Shown: positions 26,464 to 37,236, counted from the stretch's first letter. The stretch: 64,000 nucleotides of DNA from Puniceicoccaceae bacterium (GCA_040830765.1 JBFOMH010000032.1:9827-73826); one strand, 5' to 3'. Program-made: numbers and translations. Notes: generated by a model not told the origin, from the letters alone.

Positions 26464-28398
26464 ATGCGAACACAAGAATTTATCTTTTCCTACCGCTCCA
26501 GGACTATTCTGGGCCTGCTATCCGCCGCTTTGGCTTGGCAACAAACGGCCCTTGCCGATCCGTCTCACATCATCGAGGTAGATGGTGGCGTCCATTGGGA
26601 ACAATGGACGGAAGCAAACCCCTATGTTCTCCGGGAGGCTCTGAGGAAAGCCCGCGAAATCAGGCGTACCAGCGAGGAGAACCTTAGCGGCGAGATTCAA
26701 ATTGTCCTTGGTGATGGATTCTATCCGCTGGTTGATTCCGTCCTGATTCGGCCTGAAGACTCCGGAACGCTGGACTCTCCGACGGTTATCATGGCGGCAC
26801 CCGGTACGCGTCCGGTAATCAGCGGGGGAATCGCCCTGGCTGGCTGGCGCCTGGCCGAGAATCTTCCCGCTGGCTTCCCGGCCACCGCCCTTGGGAAAGT
26901 CTGGGTAGTGGAGGCACCGATGAGCGCTGGTCGACCGGTTGAATATCGCCATATGTGGTTGAATGGAAATCGCGTAGCGAAGGCCCGCGATAATTTTGGC
27001 GAGGAGATGCAGCGCATTCTTGAGTGGGATAAGCCGGGCCAAGTCTGTTGGATCCCGGCTGAGGCGGTTGTGGATATTAAAGAGATTGGCCGGATGGAGA
27101 TGGTCATCCACCAAATGTGGGCCATCGCCATCCTGAGGGTAAAGTCGCTCGAGGTTGTCGAGGACCGGGCCCGCCTGACCTTCCATGAACCTGAGGGCCG
27201 GATACAGTTCGAGCACCCCTGGCCACCGGTTGTGATATCGGAGGAAGGCAATTCGGCCTATTACCTGACAAACCATCCAGCTTTCCTTAACCAGCCCGGG
27301 GAATGGTATCAGGATTTGACCTCCGGAAAAATCTACTACTGGCCGCAGGAGGGTGAGTCGATGCCGGAGGCGCAGGCCATCGTTCCGTCGATGGAGACAT
27401 TGCTCAACGTGGCGGGTACGGTTGACCGTCCGGTGGAGCATGTTCGTTTCGAGGGAGTCACTTTTTCACACACCAACTGGTTGCGTCCGTCGAGGGCTGG
27501 GCACGTTCCCCTGCAGGCAGGGATGTATTTGCTGGATGCCTACAAGCTTCGGCCTGCGGGAACCCCGGACAAGGCCGGATTGGAAAATCAGGCATGGATT
27601 GGGCGGCAACCGGCCGCAGTACAGGTCGAGGGGGCCCGCGATCTGCTATTTGAGGATTGCCGGTTTACCCAGCTCGGGGCATCCGGACTGGACTTGATTG
27701 AGGGCGTGAGGGACAGCACCATCCGTGGCAGTCTCTTCCGGGACATTGGCAGCAACGGGCTTGTCATGGGTACATTCCAGGAAGGTGGTATTGAAACACA
27801 TCTGCCTTTTGATCCCGCGGATGCGCGTATCCTTTGCCAGGCTATCAACGTCAGCGACAATCTGTTCACTGACATTGCCAATGAGGACTGGGGCTGCGTG
27901 GGCATTGTCACCGGCTTTGTCCGCGATGTAACCATTGCCCACAACGAAATTTGCGATGTTTCCTATACCGGAATCAGTCTAGGATGGGGATGGACAAAGT
28001 CCGTCAATGTGATGCAGGACAACCGGATCCACGCCAACCATATCCACCATTTTGGAAAGCGGATGTATGACACGGGAGGGATCTACACGCTTTCTCCCCA
28101 GCCGAGCTCGGTTATCTCGGAGAATTTCATCCACAGCATCTATCGTCCGTCGTACGTCCACGACCCGAACCACTGGTCCTACATCTACCTCGATGAAGGA
28201 TCCTCATACTTTACGGTTAGGGACAACTGGACCGAGGGGCTGAAGTACTCAACCAATGCCAATGGTCCGGGAAATACCTGGACCAACAACGGGCCAAGCG
28301 TCTCAGCCAGGATCCTGCAACGGGCAGGCATCCGGGAGGAGTTTGCGGGGTTGATTAACTTCCGGACAGTACAACCGGATGACCCGGTGGTTCCCTGA
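26464..28398 (+). CDS. GH141 (BT1002-like alpha-L-fucosidase), right-handed beta-helix
   Basis: RPEDSGT, HQMWAIAILR, QFEHPWP, GHVPLQAGM, YTGISLGWGW, YLDEGSS. Signal peptide. Confidence 0.85.
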   Translation: MRTQEFIFSYRSRTILGLLSAALAWQQTALADPSHIIEVDGGVHWEQWTEANPYVLREALRKAREIRRTSEENLSGEIQIVLGDGFYPLVDSVLIRPEDSGTLDSPTVIMAAPGTRPVISGGIALAGWRLAENLPAGFPATALGKVWVVEAPMSAGRPVEYRHMWLNGNRVAKARDNFGEEMQRILEWDKPGQVCWIPAEAVVDIKEIGRMEMVIHQMWAIAILRVKSLEVVEDRARLTFHEPEGRIQFEHPWPPVVISEEGNSAYYLTNHPAFLNQPGEWYQDLTSGKIYYWPQEGESMPEAQAIVPSMETLLNVAGTVDRPVEHVRFEGVTFSHTNWLRPSRAGHVPLQAGMYLLDAYKLRPAGTPDKAGLENQAWIGRQPAAVQVEGARDLLFEDCRFTQLGASGLDLIEGVRDSTIRGSLFRDIGSNGLVMGTFQEGGIETHLPFDPADARILCQAINVSDNLFTDIANEDWGCVGIVTGFVRDVTIAHNEICDVSYTGISLGWGWTKSVNVMQDNRIHANHIHHFGKRMYDTGGIYTLSPQPSSVISENFIHSIYRPSYVHDPNHWSYIYLDEGSSYFTVRDNWTEGLKYSTNANGPGNTWTNNGPSVSARILQRAGIREEFAGLINFRTVQPDDPVVP

Positions 28399-28399
28399 T

Positions 28400-31300
28400 T
28401 CATTCAACCTGCAGTTGGGCAAAGCTGAGCTTATTGAGGTCGTCTGCCTGAAGCCGGATAAAGTAAGTCCCGGCATTGATATCATCGCAGGTCCGGTTGC
28501 GGGAAACTTCCCAGTCATTGCCTTTGGAAGGTGAGAAGGTGAGGGTATCCTCGCATACCAGCCGGTCGTCACGGGTGGAGATGATTTGCAGGGTCGCTTC
28601 AATGGGCTCCTTTAGCGGGGAGCGATAAGTGAAGTTCAATCCGTATCGGTCGCCAACGCCGACTTTGATGATCCAGTCCATCCGGTTCCCTTCAATCTCG
28701 GGCGGTTGATAAACCTGGTCAGGGCGTACCTGCCTCGCCAACACGCAGTACATGGAAGCAGGGCTTCCATCAGGAAGGCTTGGATTCTGGAAAAGGCTGA
28801 CCGGCTCCCCGGGCTTCAGGCGGCGCTTGAGAAGGTCGAAGCTGCCACCATCCTCACTCGTTGCTTCCAGCGACCAACCGGTGGGAATCCAGTCCTTTAA
28901 CCAGTCCGGCAACTGTTCAACCCGGGCATCGATCCCGACAAATACCTCCGCGTGGCCTTCCACCATGAATGTGGCCTTGATATTCGGATTGGCCGCATCA
29001 GTGATGGGCGTGCGAATCCAGTCACAACCGCCGAGCCGGGTTGTGTATCTGCTGATGACCGCTCCACCATCACTATAGAGTCGTCGTCCGGCCTTTAGGT
29101 TGCCGAATGGCTTCCATCCATTTGGATCAGAACTTGAATAAACAGCAAACCCGTTAATGGCTGCGGCGGGCGGGGGCGGAGAATGGGGTTTCACAATGAC
29201 CGTGTACATGTCGGCGGATCCCGCTGGGGAATGTCCGGTTTGTCCGGTGGTAACGGTTTCGCCAGCCTTGAAGTGTTTCCGGAAAACGGCATGGCGGATG
29301 TCCGGGGCTCCGCTCGTCGAGAGAGAGTGGGTGGTCTTGTCCCAGCTCTGGAGCCAGTCTGGAAGCTCTTGAAGGCGGGGATCCAAGGTAACAAAAACAT
29401 CGGCATCCGATGTCAGTTCGAATTGCAGCAGATCTCCGTAATTGAAATGGGGGACGGTTCTCGCGGTTTGAATCCATTCGGACTCCCGCAACTCCCAGGA
29501 AAGGGAATGAATGGTCTCATCATCGTCGGAGTAACGGGAAACCCCCGTGTCGAGGAATGTCCGGACCTGCGTCTTTCCTTGTAGCGATGCGGTAGCGACA
29601 AGATTTTTGATGAGCCGTGACGCTTCGACTGGAACAGGATTTATCTCAGCGGAAGAAATGGCAATGGCACACAGGATGGCCTGGCTTGCCTTGACGGAGG
29701 GGAAGCTGATTTCGAGAACGCCTCCGGAAACTTGCGTCACCACGGTCTTGCGCAAGGCGGTGTCGTGTCCGGCCTCCTTCCAGATATCAAGTTCGGCAAG
29801 TGCGACTTGTCCGTTGACCGCTACGTCAAACAAGCGCCATCCCGTGCAATCCATCCCGCCTCCTGTCCCGTACCAAGGCTCGATGAAGTAGAGATCGACT
29901 GCGTACTGTCCGTCTGGAATCTCAAACGTGTAGGCCAGTTCATGGCGACCATAGCGGAAGGACTGGAACAGAGGGTCGTCGACCGTTCCCCTGACGGGGT
30001 CATAGGTTTCCCGCTTGCTGCCAAATTGCGGGGGAAGATTGGGAAAGGCGGATGCCCACGAGCGGGCTCCCCATGTTCTTCCGGGACCATGCTCCTGATC
30101 GCTCATCCAGGTACTGCCATGGCTGTCCACAAAGGTGGGTCCCCCAACATTGACCCGGTAAAGGTAGTGGCGCCCGGCTATCGGCTGGCAGGGATTTGCC
30201 GGATCGGGATCCCAGTCCGGCAGGTTTGGATCCCCGGGCAAGTGATGCAGGGTAATGATGTCGGTGGCGACGGTCCGGCCCTGGATGCGTGCCTCCGCGT
30301 AGAGGACATTGGTCTTGATCAAGGCCTTGTCCCACCGGAAATGCGTCCCGGTTCCGTTCTTGCGCTGAATGCCCAGTGAGCGACCCTTGTAGCCATTGAA
30401 TAACTCAACCTCCTCGGCGTTGGAATAGACGATTATCCCATCCTTCAATCCCGGCTCCGTCCAACGGTCTGGCCAGGTGTGGGATACAATGTAGACCATG
30501 GGCTCTGTTTCCGCGGGGACAAAGTTGCTGCGGTACATGTAGTAGACATCGAGGGGCTCTCCCCATATGGTCAGGAGCCCCTTGTTGTTGGCCGGACCGA
30601 TACGGTCCCATTCGCGAATCCCGTCACTGGCCTGTTGCAGCTTGCTGCCGATATTCCTTCCCGGATTATTGTGGGTCACCAGTGGCCAGGCGAAGTGGCC
30701 GATAGCCTGCTCCCGGACTGTATCCGCAAGGCGGACTTTCGTTTCCATGAGGGCAGCCATCCGGTCCTCGGTGAGTGGGCCCTCTTCAATGAAGCCGCCT
30801 TCCGAATGATATCCGATGCTGCGCCATGCACCGTATTCACCGACCAGCCTTTGTTGGACCAGCTCCCTGTTGTAGGCCTGGAGATCCCCACCATAGGTTC
30901 CGGACCAGTTTTGCGGGACATCCCAGTCCGTGCCTTCGCCCCCGTTGCAGGTGACGATGGGTCGCTGAATCGAGGCTGTGGGGTCCATTTCACGCATGAT
31001 TTCAACGCACTCCCGGGCAAAGTCCGCCGGAAGCTTGCTTTCATTTTGAAGCCCGTAGAGGAAGAGGGAAGGGCTGTTGCGCCGCTCCCGAATCCAGTCC
31101 CGTAGCAGGGCTTTGTAGTTATCCTTGAAGGCCTCGTTTTCAAACCAGATGTGGGCCCCGAATTGGGTCCACCAGAGGATGCCTTCCCGGTCCCAGATCT
31201 TGTTGAACCTCAAGTTGTGGGGGTGATGGGCATCCCGGAAGGCGTTGAAGCCGGCTGCCCTGACTTGGTTGGCCCGGATGTCCACCATCTCCGCCGAAAA

Positions 31301-32344
31301 GGCGTGGCTGCCTCCGAGAAGATGCTCGTAGTCGGCGACCCCATTGATGAAGACGGGCTCTCCATTCAGCTTGAAGGGTTGTCCCGGAGGGCCATTGAGG
31401 TCCGGCCACTCGAGCCAGCGGACCCCGTAGCCTGTTTCACAGGAGTCGGTCACTCTATCCGCCTCAACCAGTTCTGTCTTGAGGGTATACAGGCAGGGAT
31501 CCTCCAGTGACCACAAGCGGGGATTCTCGAGGACCGGACTTTCGCTGGTAAAGGTCTTCTTTTCCCCCGGTTCCAGCATTTCCTCGGATTCACCAATCCA
31601 GCAGACTGTACCGTCTGGAGATATCAACAAATGCCGGAGGACGAAAGTTCGCGGCGTGTTGCTGTAATTGCGGATTTCCGCCGTGATGTTCAGTTCGGCC
31701 CGATCGGCCGAGATGTTGCTTCCATTCCAGATATGGATGCCCCATGGTTCAATCCGTAGCGACCGGGTGATGACAAGATGAGCCGGACGAAAGATACCAA
31801 ATGGCTGGGAACCCTCGGAGAATCCGTATGCCTGCTCACACCCGCCGCATACCCATGGGAGGTCGCGAATACCTGCCGGGTGATGAGCCCGAACCAGGAG
31901 GCTGTTGGGCCTCCCGGGGATGGCCAGGTCTGTTGCGTCAAGGGTGAAGGTTGTCAGGCCACCGGCGTGGCTGCCGGCGTGCTTTCCATTGAGGTAAATG
32001 TCGGCATAGGAGCCGATCCCTTCGAAATATAGGAAGGCCCGCTGGTCCGGGTCCATTTCGGGAATCATGACTTGCCTGCGGTACCATGCCGTCCCGTGAA
32101 GATTACCATGCTTCAGCTGGCGATATCCAAAATAGTCATCCCAGTTATGGGGGACCGTCACGGATTTCCAGTTATCCACTGTCTCAAGGTCGGTCAGCTG
32201 GGTTTCCTCAGCCGAAAGGACCGTTTGCCAGTTATCCTCAAGTGGAATGACCCATCGGGCCGCTTCTCCAGGTAAAGCAAAGGCAAGAAGGGTCAGGAAA
32301 TTGACGACAAGATGACTACGGGCGCGACTCAATGGAAACATCAT
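28400..32344 (-). CDS. GH2 with malectin (CBM57) and further C-terminal modules (resembles the GH2 part of BT0996)
   Basis: VPHNWD, LYFEGIGSYA, GIFRP, AFRDAHHPH, GLQNES, GEYGAW. Malectin: RVNVGG, LFQSFRYG, YFIEPW, RLFDV. Signal peptide. Confidence 0.88.
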   Translation of the reverse strand: MMFPLSRARSHLVVNFLTLLAFALPGEAARWVIPLEDNWQTVLSAEETQLTDLETVDNWKSVTVPHNWDDYFGYRQLKHGNLHGTAWYRRQVMIPEMDPDQRAFLYFEGIGSYADIYLNGKHAGSHAGGLTTFTLDATDLAIPGRPNSLLVRAHHPAGIRDLPWVCGGCEQAYGFSEGSQPFGIFRPAHLVITRSLRIEPWGIHIWNGSNISADRAELNITAEIRNYSNTPRTFVLRHLLISPDGTVCWIGESEEMLEPGEKKTFTSESPVLENPRLWSLEDPCLYTLKTELVEADRVTDSCETGYGVRWLEWPDLNGPPGQPFKLNGEPVFINGVADYEHLLGGSHAFSAEMVDIRANQVRAAGFNAFRDAHHPHNLRFNKIWDREGILWWTQFGAHIWFENEAFKDNYKALLRDWIRERRNSPSLFLYGLQNESKLPADFARECVEIMREMDPTASIQRPIVTCNGGEGTDWDVPQNWSGTYGGDLQAYNRELVQQRLVGEYGAWRSIGYHSEGGFIEEGPLTEDRMAALMETKVRLADTVREQAIGHFAWPLVTHNNPGRNIGSKLQQASDGIREWDRIGPANNKGLLTIWGEPLDVYYMYRSNFVPAETEPMVYIVSHTWPDRWTEPGLKDGIIVYSNAEEVELFNGYKGRSLGIQRKNGTGTHFRWDKALIKTNVLYAEARIQGRTVATDIITLHHLPGDPNLPDWDPDPANPCQPIAGRHYLYRVNVGGPTFVDSHGSTWMSDQEHGPGRTWGARSWASAFPNLPPQFGSKRETYDPVRGTVDDPLFQSFRYGRHELAYTFEIPDGQYAVDLYFIEPWYGTGGGMDCTGWRLFDVAVNGQVALAELDIWKEAGHDTALRKTVVTQVSGGVLEISFPSVKASQAILCAIAISSAEINPVPVEASRLIKNLVATASLQGKTQVRTFLDTGVSRYSDDDETIHSLSWELRESEWIQTARTVPHFNYGDLLQFELTSDADVFVTLDPRLQELPDWLQSWDKTTHSLSTSGAPDIRHAVFRKHFKAGETVTTGQTGHSPAGSADMYTVIVKPHSPPPPAAAINGFAVYSSSDPNGWKPFGNLKAGRRLYSDGGAVISRYTTRLGGCDWIRTPITDAANPNIKATFMVEGHAEVFVGIDARVEQLPDWLKDWIPTGWSLEATSEDGGSFDLLKRRLKPGEPVSLFQNPSLPDGSPASMYCVLARQVRPDQVYQPPEIEGNRMDWIIKVGVGDRYGLNFTYRSPLKEPIEATLQIISTRDDRLVCEDTLTFSPSKGNDWEVSRNRTCDDINAGTYFIRLQADDLNKLSFAQLQVE

Positions 32345-34130
32345 CAATCAGGTATGTTTGCAGGGTGGCCTTCCTATCGGATCCGGGGAGCTCATGTCCT
32401 CCGTCGCCCCGATGGCGGTACTTTCCGGTACGGAATACCAGTCTTTCCACCTCCGGGATAAAATCCGTGAAGTAGGCGATGCGGTAAAGGACTTCCTTCC
32501 CGTCGACGCGGAGTTGGAACCGTTCTGTATTGGAGTCCGGGTTGACGTCGATTTCAATTTCAGTCCAGCGGTTGGCCTCATAGGTCCCGCCCGGTTTCCA
32601 AATTCCCTCATGACGGGCTTCGATTTTTCCCTCTTCTGTCAGGGCAATTTGTACCGGACGCCCGCCATTCGGGCCCACCACGTCAATTTCCAGACGTCCG
32701 TCAATCCGGGAAGGTTTGACCTTGAAGCGGATCAACGCACTCCGGTTCCTCGGGAAGACCTTGGTAACGGCTGCATAATCATAGGGATCCGCATCGGAAA
32801 GCCTGAGAGCCATTTCCTGTTGGCCCTGAGTGTCGTGAACTTCAACCGGTGCCCACAGGGGGCGGTAGACATTCCATCCAACGGGCATCCCGCCTTCGGC
32901 AAAGGACTCGAAGTCTTCCTTGAAGGCGTTGTACTGGACGGTTCCGTTGACCGGAACCGGAACCCGGCTGACCCAGATGTCCTCTTTGTTGACCGAGTAG
33001 GTCAGCCAAAGGTCATCGCCTGGAGGGTTGCCGTTGCCCGGGAAGATTCCCCGCACATACTGGGGTCCCATGTTCTTGTAGAGTCCGGGGAAACGCTGCA
33101 CGGGCAATTCACCGTGGACCGTCAGCAGGTTGCCGAAATGGCGACCGTCTTCACTCAGGGCGACAGCGAGCGGGTGCCGCAGACGGCTGGTCGGGTTAAA
33201 GACAAGGACATAGTGGCCATCATCCGTTTGCTGGGCCCAATACTTGGACGAATTGACGGGAAGGTTTTCCGCGAATCCCGTGCGAGTGAATGTTTCTCCC
33301 TCATCGATCGATATGGATGCCTGGGCATCCTTGGCTATTCCGACGACTTTCCCCTCGGGATTGCGGTAGAATGAGAAGGCCTTCCCCTTGACGCGGTAAA
33401 ACCCGTCCTCGGAGCGGTCTTCTTCCCACCATTGAGCTGTTGCCAGGCGATCTCCCAGCAGGGCCTCACAGGCGGTAACGAATCCCTCGTCGGGAGATTC
33501 CTCATAAAACGGATAAGCCTCCGTCAAATCGGCGTCCAAGTCCTCATGCTGGTTGTAGCGAATAAAAAATACAGGACCGAGCGACCCGTCGGGATAAATT
33601 TCCCGGACAACCCGGCCGATCCCACTCCCATCGTTCGGGCGGGGATAGAGTCCGTGGAAAGCCGTTGCCAGCAGGCGGCCGTTTGGAGCGACATAAAACA
33701 CCATCCGCTGGTGGGTGATGGTCTGCTTGCCATCAGGCAGCTGGATTGCCGGGAAAAGCAATCGTGGTGCTTCCCAGTGGACACCGTCCGTTGAGGAGGT
33801 GAAGGAGGTGTCCGTCGGCATGTCATGTTCATTGACCGGTGCGCTGAGATAGGCGAGGTAGAAGCGCTCGTTCCAATAGGCAAGGTTTGGAGCGTGCAGA
33901 TAGGTGTGGGCGAGCTTGTCGACATGCTCCGGAAAGGAACGGTTGGCCCGGTAGACTTGAATATTGTGGGTCCCCACTGCCGGCGCCAGGCCACCATCGG
34001 CGGCCGTACTTACTTCCTGTGTGCCGGTATAGACAATCGGGGAGGGGGTCTCATTAGAGACGCAGCCGGTTGTCCCGAGAAGTATCGAGAGGAACGGAAG
34101 GGTCCATTTCTTGAACATCAATTCAGGCAT
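32316..34130 (-). CDS. GH143 Dha (3-deoxy-D-lyxo-heptulosaric acid) hydrolase-like, probable lipoprotein
   Basis: PAVGTHNIQVYRANR, HAPNLAYWN, HQRMVFY, GIGRVVRE, GPQYVRGI, YSVNKEDIW resemble the BT1020 N-terminal domain as recalled. LLGTTGC lipobox-like. Start 34130 or 34118. Confidence 0.82.
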   Translation of the reverse strand: MPELMFKKWTLPFLSILLGTTGCVSNETPSPIVYTGTQEVSTAADGGLAPAVGTHNIQVYRANRSFPEHVDKLAHTYLHAPNLAYWNERFYLAYLSAPVNEHDMPTDTSFTSSTDGVHWEAPRLLFPAIQLPDGKQTITHQRMVFYVAPNGRLLATAFHGLYPRPNDGSGIGRVVREIYPDGSLGPVFFIRYNQHEDLDADLTEAYPFYEESPDEGFVTACEALLGDRLATAQWWEEDRSEDGFYRVKGKAFSFYRNPEGKVVGIAKDAQASISIDEGETFTRTGFAENLPVNSSKYWAQQTDDGHYVLVFNPTSRLRHPLAVALSEDGRHFGNLLTVHGELPVQRFPGLYKNMGPQYVRGIFPGNGNPPGDDLWLTYSVNKEDIWVSRVPVPVNGTVQYNAFKEDFESFAEGGMPVGWNVYRPLWAPVEVHDTQGQQEMALRLSDADPYDYAAVTKVFPRNRSALIRFKVKPSRIDGRLEIDVVGPNGGRPVQIALTEEGKIEARHEGIWKPGGTYEANRWTEIEIDVNPDSNTERFQLRVDGKEVLYRIAYFTDFIPEVERLVFRTGKYRHRGDGGHELPGSDRKATLQTYLIDDVSIESRP

Positions 34131-35127
34131 CGTTGGGTCCTTTTTGTCGCGCCATGCTGGCAGCCATGCGGATTGCCTCGAGGAGACTGCGGGGATCGGA
34201 TTTGCCGGTTCCGGCAAGGTCAAAGTTGGTTCCATGTTCTACAGAGGTTCGGATGATGGGGAGTCCCAAAGTAATATTCACCCCAAGCCAGATGCCGAGC
34301 ATTTTCACCGCGACATGTCCCTGGTCATGGTACATCGCCACTGCGGCATCAAACTCACCTTGCAGGGTCCGGAAGAAGACGGTGTCTCCCGGGTAGGGAC
34401 CGCTGACGTTGAAGCCTTCCTTGGTGGCCTGTTCAATCGCCGGCTCAATAAACTCGGATTCCTCGCTGCCAAAGAGTCCATGTTCTCCCGCGTGCGGATT
34501 GAGCCCGGCCACCGCAATTGATGGATTTTCGATGCCCATCTGCTGCAAGGCCTCACGGGTCAAGGCAATGACCTTGAGTATCCGTTCCGGTTGGACGCGG
34601 TCCACTGCCTCGCGAAGGGAAACATGTGTGGAAACATGACTTACCCGGAGCTTTCCTGCAGCCAGCATCATGGTGGCCCCGGGTGACTTGCAGAGGTGGG
34701 ACAAGAGGCCCGTATGGCCGTCGAAGGTATGGCCGGCAAGATTCAGCGATTCCTTGTTGATGGCATTGGTAACCATGGCACCGGCCTGCCCGTTGAGGCA
34801 CAATTCACCGGCCTTGCAGATGTATTGATAAGCTGCTTCACCTGCTTCAGGCGCAACTTTGCCAATATTCAGTGTTCCGGTATCCACATTGGCCATGTCG
34901 AGAACACGAATAACCTGTGGAGATGAGCCTTCGTCAGGAATCCCTGTAACTGGTTCGACCGTCGATCCTGTTCCAGTGTACTCTTGCGCGCGCTCAATGA
35001 TTGTCGCATCGCCGATGACAATGGGATTGCAGATGCGGTGGATATCTTCCTCTTGCCAGGCTTTTGTTATTAATTCGGGACCTGTCCCGGCAGGGTCCCC
35101 CATGGTGATAGCTATGGTTGGGCGCAT
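34123..35127 (-). CDS. pdxA: PdxA family dehydrogenase (PdxA2, D-threonate 4-phosphate dehydrogenase-like)
   Basis: ITMGDPAGTGPE, GHTG, STHVSL, GLNPHAGE, AMYHDQG, GVNITLGLPIIRTS. Coupled to a DUF1537 kinase gene. Confidence 0.93.
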   Translation of the reverse strand: MRPTIAITMGDPAGTGPELITKAWQEEDIHRICNPIVIGDATIIERAQEYTGTGSTVEPVTGIPDEGSSPQVIRVLDMANVDTGTLNIGKVAPEAGEAAYQYICKAGELCLNGQAGAMVTNAINKESLNLAGHTFDGHTGLLSHLCKSPGATMMLAAGKLRVSHVSTHVSLREAVDRVQPERILKVIALTREALQQMGIENPSIAVAGLNPHAGEHGLFGSEESEFIEPAIEQATKEGFNVSGPYPGDTVFFRTLQGEFDAAVAMYHDQGHVAVKMLGIWLGVNITLGLPIIRTSVEHGTNFDLAGTGKSDPRSLLEAIRMAASMARQKGPNDA

Positions 35128-36323
35128 TATTGAATGGTTTGGTCGTGGATATTGCTTAGCTCGGGCCAGACTTCCCTGGTAATGGTATCCGGCCAGGGAT
35201 AGCTGCCCGGCTTGATGGTGAAGTTAACCTTATGTTGCTTCAAGGGTGCAAGGGTGACCACCCCCGGTCCCCAGGCATGCATCATTTCGAATTCTTCCCA
35301 GCCTAGTTGCATGGCTATCGAGGCAGCGGTAGCCCCTCCTTCAACAATCAGATGGTCGACATGACCGGACTGGAGCGCTATTGAGGTAGCCAGGGCAAGT
35401 TGCTGGGCCACCCAGGTGGCGTTTCCGGAGTTCGGCTTGGCCTCGGATTGCATCCGCAGGACACAGCCCCTTGACTGGGTTTCACCTTGGAGAAGTTGCT
35501 TGCCCCATCGCTCTCCTGCAGCCTCGGTCGTGTCCTCTGTAGTGCCCTTGACGGTGACAATATTGGAGGTTTCCAACTGGTCCAGAAATGCCTGCTGCCC
35601 AATGTGGGTTGTGCCAGATACAAGGAGGTATTGCCCTTGGTTGAAAGTGGGTTCCGGAAAGTCAACTGGGGAGCGTTTCAGGGTCTTGACCAGCGCTTGG
35701 AAAAGGCCACCCCCACCAGCTAATAAGGTGGCATCATCCCACAGGCCGGCCCAACTATCCAAATCCTCCTCTGTTCGGGCATCACCAATAATAATCCCCT
35801 TCGTGGGTAATGTGTCCCCGGGCCTGGCCGTATGAACCTCGATACCGGGAACCGCACCTAAAAGATTAACTACAGCAGCGGACTTTGCCGGATGATGCAG
35901 GTCATCAGCGAAGGGTGTCTCGTCCAGGGGAACGCCATCAATGCGGTAAATTCCATCCTCGATTGTCCGACCCAGATGTGGATTGGCCGGGACGAGAATG
36001 GTCCGTTGCATGCCCATGACCCGCATCAGTGTAGAGAGTTCCGCGGCGATGGGTCCACGCATCACTGAATCGGTTTTCTTGAATAGAAAACGGGTGTTTC
36101 CCTGGTCACTCAGTTTTTCGGCAAGATGGCGAACCTGGGCTACTGCTGCCTCCTCCCCGCAGAGCCGGGTTTCGGTATCATATACGACAAGGTCCGCCTT
36201 TTCCTCCACGGGCTGCTGGCTCATGCTGACAATTGACCGCAGGCCCGGCCTGTGCCCGATGGCGGCAATCTCGCAGGCGCCAGTCAGGTCATCGGCCAGG
36301 GCCGTGAAGGATTTCCTGCTCAT
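35127..36323 (-). CDS. DUF1537 four-carbon acid sugar kinase (D-threonate kinase-like)
   Basis: ADDLTGA, DTETR, KKTDSVMRG, PANPHLGR, EGGATA, KPGSY. Confidence 0.9.
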   Translation of the reverse strand: MSRKSFTALADDLTGACEIAAIGHRPGLRSIVSMSQQPVEEKADLVVYDTETRLCGEEAAVAQVRHLAEKLSDQGNTRFLFKKTDSVMRGPIAAELSTLMRVMGMQRTILVPANPHLGRTIEDGIYRIDGVPLDETPFADDLHHPAKSAAVVNLLGAVPGIEVHTARPGDTLPTKGIIIGDARTEEDLDSWAGLWDDATLLAGGGGLFQALVKTLKRSPVDFPEPTFNQGQYLLVSGTTHIGQQAFLDQLETSNIVTVKGTTEDTTEAAGERWGKQLLQGETQSRGCVLRMQSEAKPNSGNATWVAQQLALATSIALQSGHVDHLIVEGGATAASIAMQLGWEEFEMMHAWGPGVVTLAPLKQHKVNFTIKPGSYPWPDTITREVWPELSNIHDQTIQ

Positions 36324-37233
36324 CAGTCAAGAAAGGGCAAAGGGCGGTTATCTGGTTCTTGATGTCTTCTGCTTCCTCGCCGCCCAATGTCTGAAGTGGC
36401 GGAAGAACATCGCTCCGGCAGAGGCCGATACCTGCCATGGCTGCCTTCAATGCCGCCAGGGATTGTCCCAAAGTGCGGTTTACCTGGGTGACAGCGGCAA
36501 CCGCATCCAATTGCCTCTGCAGGTTTTCCGCCTTTTCCCATTGGCCTTGAAGGGCGGCATCGTAGAGTTGCTCCCACAGTTGGGGTACCAGGTTGCCACT
36601 GCTTGGTACGAGACCGTCATATCCAAGCTTCAGGGAATCGACGGAGAGAATAGCTGAACCCATGAAGAGGGCGAAATCGTCCCGTCCGCCCAGGGCGTTG
36701 AAGACTGCTTCCATCCTGCCAGGTGCGTTTTCGGAATCCTTGAATCCGACACAAAGGGGAAGATCGGACAGGGCCACAACAACCTCGGGGGGAATCGACA
36801 TCCGCGTTGTCGCGGGGATGTTGTAAATCATGTAGGGCCCGGTGACTTGCTTGTCCAGAAGCAGAAAGTAATCCCGCATCTCGTTTTCGGTCAGGGGATA
36901 ATAAGCCGGGAGATGGGCCACCACGGCAGCAACCCCGAGGTCATGATAACGCTGGGCTGCGATAAGGGAATTGGAGAGACAATTGTCGCCGATTCCGGCA
37001 TATATTGGGACCTTGCCGTCTGCCGCCTTGACCGCAGCCTCAACCAGTAGTTGCCGATCCTGGCGCGGGATGGATGCAGTTTCACCTGTGGTTCCAAGAA
37101 CAAAGACGCCAAGGTTATGGCGGGCGATTCGTTGGACTATCCGACCGGCGGCCGCTAAATCGATAGCACCGTCCGCGGTGAACGGGGTGGTTAGGGGGAC
37201 GATTACTCCGGAGTGATTCATATTCGCCTTCAT
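36289..37233 (-). CDS. DapA/NAL family class I aldolase
   Basis: PLTTPF, GTTGE, YNIP, Schiff-base Lys in GFKDS. Confidence 0.92.
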   Translation of the reverse strand: MKANMNHSGVIVPLTTPFTADGAIDLAAAGRIVQRIARHNLGVFVLGTTGETASIPRQDRQLLVEAAVKAADGKVPIYAGIGDNCLSNSLIAAQRYHDLGVAAVVAHLPAYYPLTENEMRDYFLLLDKQVTGPYMIYNIPATTRMSIPPEVVVALSDLPLCVGFKDSENAPGRMEAVFNALGGRDDFALFMGSAILSVDSLKLGYDGLVPSSGNLVPQLWEQLYDAALQGQWEKAENLQRQLDAVAAVTQVNRTLGQSLAALKAAMAGIGLCRSDVLPPLQTLGGEEAEDIKNQITALCPFLTDEQEILHGPGR

Positions 37234-37236
37234 GAT

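Noticed and set aside
28396..28402. Terminator between the convergent GH141 and GH2 genes
   Set aside because: The stop codons are 1 nt apart and no convincing hairpin with a U-tract was found.
34123..37233. Vitamin B6 (pdxA) and lysine (dapA) biosynthesis
   Set aside because: Both flank a DUF1537 kinase in a catabolic operon with no pdxJ or dapB. Catabolic paralogues fit better.
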